From an uncultured Candidatus Saccharibacteria bacterium (GTDB taxonomy: Bacteria; Patescibacteriota; Minisyncoccia; Minisyncoccales; JAGGSE01): DNA of 38,728 bases. Both the position numbers and the translations under genes were made by a program. Positions 34,350 through 38,728 of the stretch are shown here, one piece after another (position 1 is the stretch's first letter; each line of letters opens with the position of its first letter). The DNA lies in contig CAZPZY010000002.1 in assembly GCA_964591195.1 (NCBI GenBank), forward strand, positions 1 through 38,728, given 5' to 3'. The notes below the pieces were generated by a model. That model was not told where the DNA came from and searched no databases. It saw nothing but the letters and a program-made list of their open reading frames with translations.

Positions 34350-34422
34350 TGCCGGGGCGCAGAATCGAACTGCGACCTTTGCTTTTTCAGAGCAACGTGC
34401 ACACCGTGTACACCACCCCGGC
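34350..34422 (-). tRNA. tRNA-Phe (anticodon GAA), no encoded CCA
   Basis: Hand-folded cloverleaf: acceptor GCCGGGG/CCCCGGC; D-arm GTGT/GCAC with GG in the loop; anticodon stem TTGCT/AGCAA with loop CTGAAAA; T-arm CGCAG-TTCGATT-CTGCG; discriminator A. Confidence 0.9.
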
Positions 34423-34534
34423 CTAATACCCTAACTTCAAATTCTCCCTAATCCTACCAAATTTACTCCATCAGAGCAAGCCCTTGTATAAGCCCACAAC
34501 ATAGCATCTTTTCCTGCACCTCTTTGAGAAACAA

Positions 34535-34588
34535 CCCCTCCCCAATCCCCCCCTCTCAAAGAGAAGGGGGGAGAAAAGAGGAGGGGGT
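34535..34588 (-). terminator. candidate intrinsic terminator: long polypyrimidine/polypurine hairpin downstream of ORF 34638..35579
   Basis: Minus strand: CCCCUCC...CCCCCCUUCUC-UUU-GAGAGGGGGG...GGAGGGG followed by UUGUUUCUC. It lies between the DUF4349-like gene stop and tRNA-Phe. Confidence 0.4.
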
Positions 34589-34637
34589 GAGATTATGTTT
34601 CAACAGATCCGAGTCTGGTTGGTTGTCACTCTCTTCT

Positions 34638-35579
34638 TCATTTAATAAGCCGTCTAAACAATCCCTTCCCCAACCGATAGGACACAAGCACTACTATTCC
34701 TATGATAAAAAGATACACCACTATCTGGACAGTCCTAAAGAACAATTCTATACTCCCTCCAATCAGGTCTTTCAAAATGTCAATCACATTCTCCAACGCT
34801 CTTCTTATTCGGTCCTTGAATTGATCCAAAATATTTTCAGGCAAGATTCTGGGAGACTTCTTTTGCTTAATGCCAATCTGTAAGGTAGCATACTCTCCCC
34901 TTCTTTCCTGAGAAGAAATTTCTCTTTGATAGGTTTTCTCCTTCCTTTTTAACTCTAACTCCTTCTCGGTTACCCTCATTAGCAATTCTATTTTATCTTT
35001 TCCTACAGCCATCTCCCTAATTTCCTCTCTTATTTTTTCGTAATCAGACAAACTCGTTTTTAAAATCTCAAACTCATCCAGCTCTCTTTCAATTGAAATC
35101 CGATAATTTCTTATATTGTAGGATTTTACCTCAAACTTCTTTTTTAACTCCTCAACCAAATCAAGCAGTTTTTCCGAGGGGACCCTTAAGGTCAAATTTA
35201 TCCGGGTATACAAATTAGTGCTTGACTTAGAACTTCTTTCAATATATCCCTGATAGTCTTTAACCAGAGATTTAATTTCAGCAGAATCACCTTCAGCATT
35301 TTTAGATTTTATCTCCACTGAGCCCTCTTTCACCTGTATTTCTCCTCTCCCGCCTGTTTCCCCTTCCTGAAGCCAAGGAGCCCTCAATCCCTTTCCTAAA
35401 GAGGGTGCCATTGGAGTTTCTAAAAACCTACCTGAAGAACGAGGATTCATTATCACGCCTCTTCTGCTTGCCGAAAAAGAACCGATGAAAGTATAAACAA
35501 TCAGGCCTACTATCACTACCCCTATTACAATGCCAACAAAGGCAATTTTATGGGTTTTTATCCATTCTTTTATTCTCAT
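34638..35579 (-). CDS. membrane-anchored coiled-coil protein, DUF4349-like (tentative)
   Basis: 313 aa. N-terminal TM (IAFVGIVIGVVIVGLIVYTFI), central region ...YQGYIERSSKSS...INLTLRVPSEKLLDLVEELKK...YNIRNYRISIE, coiled coil, C-terminal TM (IVVYLFIIGIVVLV). This layout resembles DUF4349. Confidence 0.45.
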   Translation of the reverse strand: MRIKEWIKTHKIAFVGIVIGVVIVGLIVYTFIGSFSASRRGVIMNPRSSGRFLETPMAPSLGKGLRAPWLQEGETGGRGEIQVKEGSVEIKSKNAEGDSAEIKSLVKDYQGYIERSSKSSTNLYTRINLTLRVPSEKLLDLVEELKKKFEVKSYNIRNYRISIERELDEFEILKTSLSDYEKIREEIREMAVGKDKIELLMRVTEKELELKRKEKTYQREISSQERRGEYATLQIGIKQKKSPRILPENILDQFKDRIRRALENVIDILKDLIGGSIELFFRTVQIVVYLFIIGIVVLVSYRLGKGLFRRLIK

Positions 35580-35628
35580 ACTTTTATAAAGCGAAAAATT
35601 TTTGACCTTTATTTATTTGAAAAAAGGA

Positions 35629-36036
35629 TTAGTTTTTATTCCCGCCGATTATCTCTACTATTACCCTTCTTTCTCTAGGCCCATCAAACTCAGCAAGAAA
35701 TATCTGTTGCCAGGTTCCTCTAATAATTCTGCTATCCTTTATCGGCAAAACCCTTCCCTGTCCAATCAATCCTGAAAGGATATGAGAGTCAGCATTGTTA
35801 TCAATTTTATTATGCTCAAAATCAATCCCGGAGGTCAATTTTTTAAAAATCTCAAGCCAGTCATTTTTCAATCCTCTTTCATTTTCAGTTAAAACAATCC
35901 CGGCGGTAGAATGGGGCACAAAAACCAAAGCCAAGCCGTTTTTAATACCGCTTTCCCCAATTATCCTTTCCACTTCTTCTGTAATATCTACCAACTGATA
36001 CCTATTTTCGGTTGAGATATTAAGTTCTGCAAACAT
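35629..36036 (-). CDS. yjbQ: YjbQ/UPF0047-family protein (secondary thiamine-phosphate synthase-like)
   Basis: 135 aa. DITEEVERII...NGLALVFVPHSTAGIVLTENE...DFEHN...NADSHILSGLIGQ...PIKDSRIIRGTWQQIFLAEFDGPRERRV matches the family throughout. Confidence 0.85.
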   Translation of the reverse strand: MFAELNISTENRYQLVDITEEVERIIGESGIKNGLALVFVPHSTAGIVLTENERGLKNDWLEIFKKLTSGIDFEHNKIDNNADSHILSGLIGQGRVLPIKDSRIIRGTWQQIFLAEFDGPRERRVIVEIIGGNKN

Positions 36037-36158
36037 GTTTTGGCTATTTTTAAGTTTCTAATCCGCTTATCTTGTTATATCAATGATTATGAGCAATGTG
36101 CAAAATTTATCTCCTTTAAACTCTGTCAAGGAATAGTATAACACAGACATTCGGGGCG

Positions 36159-36527
36159 TTAATCATCAAGATCAAATCGATCCTTTTTTACAGCTTCTTC
36201 ATCAAAAGGTTCAAGAAATAGTGTTTCCTCAATAGCCTTTATTTCATGATATACAAACGGATTTATCTTTATAATTTTTGGAGCTTCAATGATAACTTTT
36301 TCAGTTTTGCCTGATTTCAAATCTCTCAGATAATACTCAACTTTACCCTTTAGAATAATATTGATTTCTGGATTTTTTGAAGCGACTAAACCTTTATGAT
36401 AATGTTCTCCAGCAACACCACCTTTTTTCAGGATTAAATAAATCCATTTGTCTCCACTTACTGAATAACGATAAACAATCTTTTCAGGCTTATCTTTCCA
36501 TTTCTCTAATTCTTCAATTTGATACAT
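36159..36527 (-). CDS. cupin-fold protein (WxcM/CapF-C-terminal-like, tentative)
   Basis: 122 aa. GGVAGEHYHKG...INIILKGKVEYYL...INPFVYHEIKAIEETLFLE has the two cupin motif blocks (G.HxH...E, P.G..H). Confidence 0.5.
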   Translation of the reverse strand: MYQIEELEKWKDKPEKIVYRYSVSGDKWIYLILKKGGVAGEHYHKGLVASKNPEINIILKGKVEYYLRDLKSGKTEKVIIEAPKIIKINPFVYHEIKAIEETLFLEPFDEEAVKKDRFDLDD

Positions 36528-36627
36528 AATAACCTGTTTAGCTTACGATTAAAGAGTTGGAGTTTCTCAAAAAGTTCTGTCTGGGCCATATTTAACAGCG
36601 TAAGTTGAGCATCTCTCTGGTTATTAT
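36526..36627 (-). promoter_or_regulatory. long-range inverted repeat in the cupin-gene leader overlapping its start codon
   Basis: ATAATAACC (36526-36534, overlaps ATG 36525-36527) is the exact complement of GGTTATTAT (36619-36627). It is extended imperfectly by tgtttagcttacg / cgtaagttgagca (10 of 13 by hand). Confidence 0.25.
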
Positions 36628-36638
36628 AGCATAATTTT

Positions 36639-37409
36639 TTAAGGTTTTGGTCTTTTTCTTTTTTGAACTTCTTTTATATCTAAGGGCAGAACCTTAGGTT
36701 TTTTTGCCTCATAAACAGAAATGACATTTTTAAAACCAGAGAATTCTTTCTTAATCTCTGCAATTTCTTTTCTGGCCAAGGGTTTTACCCTACAAGGTCT
36801 TAAAGGAGTATTAATTTGAATTTCGTCAGGATTTATTTCTTTGGCAATTTCTGCCATCTCTCTAGCAAAATCTTTATTTTCTTTGATAAACATAATTTGA
36901 AGAGCAAATTTGCCAGCAAAATCTTTTCTAAAAGATTTTATTCCTTCAATATATTTTTTAAATGAAATTCCTCTGGCAGGATTGTTTATTATTCTAAAAG
37001 ATTTCTCATCAAAGGCATCCAGTTTTGCCACTACAATGTCTAATTTCTTCAAGGTATTTTTTACTTCCCTTTTACCCAACAAACTGGAATTGGTCAAAAC
37101 AGCCAAGGGCAAATTGGTATTTTTTCTTAAAAACTCAACAATTTCTAAAAGGTTTTCAGCCAAGGTTGGCTCCCCTGTTCCTGAAAAAGTAATCACATCT
37201 GCTTTAACCTTGGGCAAAGCTTCACTTAGATCTTTTAAAATTCTTTCTGTTTTTACATAAACCTTTCTTTTGAGGGTCTTTTCTCTTGTTTTTCCTAATT
37301 GACAATAAATGCAATCAAAAGAACAGACCTTTTTGCTTTTACAAATCAAATCTATTCCGAAAGACCTTCCCAACCTCCAAGAAGAAACTGGCCCATAAAC
37401 TGTTTTCAT
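36639..37409 (-). CDS. radical SAM protein (small, COG0731-like)
   Basis: 256 aa. YGPVSSWRLGRSFGIDLICKSKKVCSFDCIYCQLG (CxxxCxxC), FSGTGEPTL, LTNSSLL. Confidence 0.8.
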   Translation of the reverse strand: MKTVYGPVSSWRLGRSFGIDLICKSKKVCSFDCIYCQLGKTREKTLKRKVYVKTERILKDLSEALPKVKADVITFSGTGEPTLAENLLEIVEFLRKNTNLPLAVLTNSSLLGKREVKNTLKKLDIVVAKLDAFDEKSFRIINNPARGISFKKYIEGIKSFRKDFAGKFALQIMFIKENKDFAREMAEIAKEINPDEIQINTPLRPCRVKPLARKEIAEIKKEFSGFKNVISVYEAKKPKVLPLDIKEVQKRKRPKP

Positions 37410-37448
37410 ATAATCCTCCTCTCTTTTTCTCTAACACTTCTTTCGCTT

Positions 37449-37949
37449 CTATTGGTAAGAGACCAATTCCTCTAAATTCTTTTTATCCTTTGGTCTGGAA
37501 AAATCTGCCGCGTAACCAACCGGCATTAAAGCAACTATTTTGTATTCTTTGGGTAGTCCAAGAATCTCTTTTGCCTTTTCTTGAGAGAAAGCCCCAATCC
37601 AACAAATACCCAGCCCTTCAGCCGTGGCTTGAAGAGCAATATGCTCCATGGCAATTCCCAAATCAACTGCATAGGCCGGCACACCGCTTCTCAATACCTC
37701 TTCCGGCTCTAAGGCAACACCGGCAATAACAATCGGCGCTTGGGCAATAAAGCCCTGGCCAGCAGATTCAGCCAATTTCTCTCTTTTCTCTCTATCTCTA
37801 ATCACGATAAATTTATAGGACTGACGATTATGAGCCGAAGGCGCCAGTTGGGCCGCTTCAAGAATGCTTCTCAATTTTTCCTCCGGCACTGGTTTGTCCT
37901 GATAACTCCGACAACTACATCTTTTTTGAAATACCTCTTTTATATCCAT
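37449..37949 (-). CDS. nitroreductase-family protein
   Basis: 166 aa. RCSCRSYQDKPVPEEKLRSILEAAQLAPSAHNRQSYKFIVI and CWIGAF are typical of FMN nitroreductases. Confidence 0.85.
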   Translation of the reverse strand: MDIKEVFQKRCSCRSYQDKPVPEEKLRSILEAAQLAPSAHNRQSYKFIVIRDREKREKLAESAGQGFIAQAPIVIAGVALEPEEVLRSGVPAYAVDLGIAMEHIALQATAEGLGICWIGAFSQEKAKEILGLPKEYKIVALMPVGYAADFSRPKDKKNLEELVSYQ

Positions 37950-38030
37950 AATTTTTTAAAATATCTAAATTGATTCAAGTTCGACCTTTTTAAAAAGATA
38001 CCTAATTTAGTTTAACTTGAATTCAAAATC

Positions 38031-38728
38031 TTACCAACCGCCACCGCCACCGCCACCGGCGCCACCGCCAACACCTCCAGCGCCTCCCACTCCGCTACCG
38101 GACGAAGACATATTGGCGGCAATTGCCGAAGACAAAGCGTTAAGATTTGAGGAAAAACCTTTGGCGTCAAAGGATCTGCTAGTGCCCACATACCAGCAAG
38201 GAGCATATCTGGCAAAATACTCCTCTCCATAAATTTGCTTTATTCTTTTTATCCAGATATCAGTAATTCCAAAAACAATGGCATAAGGCAAAAGTTTTTC
38301 AAAGATATTTTCTTTTTCATAAAATTTAGCTCTGTCCTTATCAACGGTTTCCATAAACATTTTAAATCCTTTAATCTTCCATAAGGTTTCGGCTCCTTTT
38401 AATGTCCGGCAGGGCATCACGCGGCTAAAAATAAGAACAATTACAAAAGATAAAATCAAAGATATCATAGCGGTTGAAGAAAATGGAATCCATCTGTCCA
38501 AAAAATTAAATAAAAGCAGTAAAATAAAGGATAAAACAATACCTAAAGTCCATAATTTTTTACTCAAATTAATTCCCTTCCTTGTTATTAGTTTCTTCTC
38601 AATCAAACTCTCTCTGGCTTTTTTCTGAATAATTTTTACATTCTTATAGAACTTATTTCTTAAGGAGGACAGTTTTATTTTGTCTCCTTTTTCAAAAATT
38701 TTCTCTAAGATAAACTTTTGGGTTAAGG
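38031..38728 (-). CDS. DUF2207-like membrane protein, C-terminal part; 5' end beyond window edge
   Basis: The track ORF starts at TTG 38606, but the same frame has no stop up to 38728 (checked triplet by triplet). TM segments, then ...YGEEYFARYAPCWYVGTS... and a Gly-rich tail ending GGGGGGGW, as in DUF2207 proteins. Confidence 0.55.
   Translation of the reverse strand, partial: LTQKFILEKIFEKGDKIKLSSLRNKFYKNVKIIQKKARESLIEKKLITRKGINLSKKLWTLGIVLSFILLLLFNFLDRWIPFSSTAMISLILSFVIVLIFSRVMPCRTLKGAETLWKIKGFKMFMETVDKDRAKFYEKENIFEKLLPYAIVFGITDIWIKRIKQIYGEEYFARYAPCWYVGTSRSFDAKGFSSNLNALSSAIAANMSSSGSGVGGAGGVGGGAGGGGGGGW

Noticed and set aside
34524-34883. 119-aa plus-strand ORF spanning the terminator hairpin
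   Set aside because: It reads through the poly-C/poly-G hairpin and then runs antisense to the DUF4349-like gene. No motifs were found. Likely spurious.
38038-38105. Short tandem ccgcca/ccacc repeats considered as a CRISPR-like or tandem-repeat locus
   Set aside because: This is a coding low-complexity region (poly-Gly tail) inside an open frame. There is no repeat-spacer periodicity. No CRISPR array is seen anywhere in the window.
38012-38232. Pro-rich (+) and Ala/Val-rich (-) 71-72 aa ORFs
   Set aside because: They are alternative-frame or antisense readings of the GGN-rich DNA that encodes the Gly-rich C-terminal tail of the DUF2207-like protein.
1-38728. Possibility of an alternative genetic code (UGA recoding, as in some candidate phyla)
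   Set aside because: Long family-consistent ORFs terminate at TGA, TAA and TAG at the expected protein lengths, and several ATGA stop/start overlaps use TGA as the stop. The standard bacterial code fits.

Overview
Visibly AT-rich, gene-dense bacterial DNA with nearly all genes on the minus strand and many 4-20 nt start/stop overlaps. The gene content suggests an uncultivated small-genome lineage such as CPR/Patescibacteria; this is inference only. Left flank (1-7400): partial GlmU/RmlA-like nucleotidyltransferase, YvcK/CofD-family protein, an orphan E/K-rich protein behind an unusually GC-rich structured leader, a two-gene 2-oxoacid:ferredoxin oxidoreductase, and an O-antigen-ligase-like/TPR membrane protein. 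Core (about 7.4-34.3 kb): a surface-glycan island. It holds a polyprenyl-phosphate sugar phosphotransferase, a hicBA toxin-antitoxin cassette flanked by a duplicated gene junction, seven GT4/GT2 glycosyltransferases, an FkbM methyltransferase, a DUF2334-like protein, a radical SAM/SPASM protein and a KpsS/KpsC-like protein. It also holds a pseudaminic-acid block (pseB, pseC, SpsF-type cytidylyltransferase, pseG, pseI) with no PseH-type acetyltransferase. In that slot sits a formyltransferase-like / PIG-L deacetylase / formyltransferase-like triad. Next come a Wzx flippase, UDP-xylose synthase, a short Ugd-like dehydrogenase and a GalE-like epimerase. The island is littered with decay products: an IS481-like transposase relic, 3' relics of a GT4 and an FkbM gene, a flippase-5'/epimerase-3' deletion scar and a frameshifted AbiEii gene. 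It ends at a GIY-YIG ORF bracketed by GC-rich inverted repeats next to tRNA-Phe(GAA). Right flank: DUF4349-like protein, YjbQ, cupin, radical SAM, nitroreductase and a partial DUF2207 protein. No CRISPR array or rRNA was seen. The best candidates for something new are the PseH-less pse variant, the structured GC-rich leader and the TIR-bounded GIY-YIG unit.
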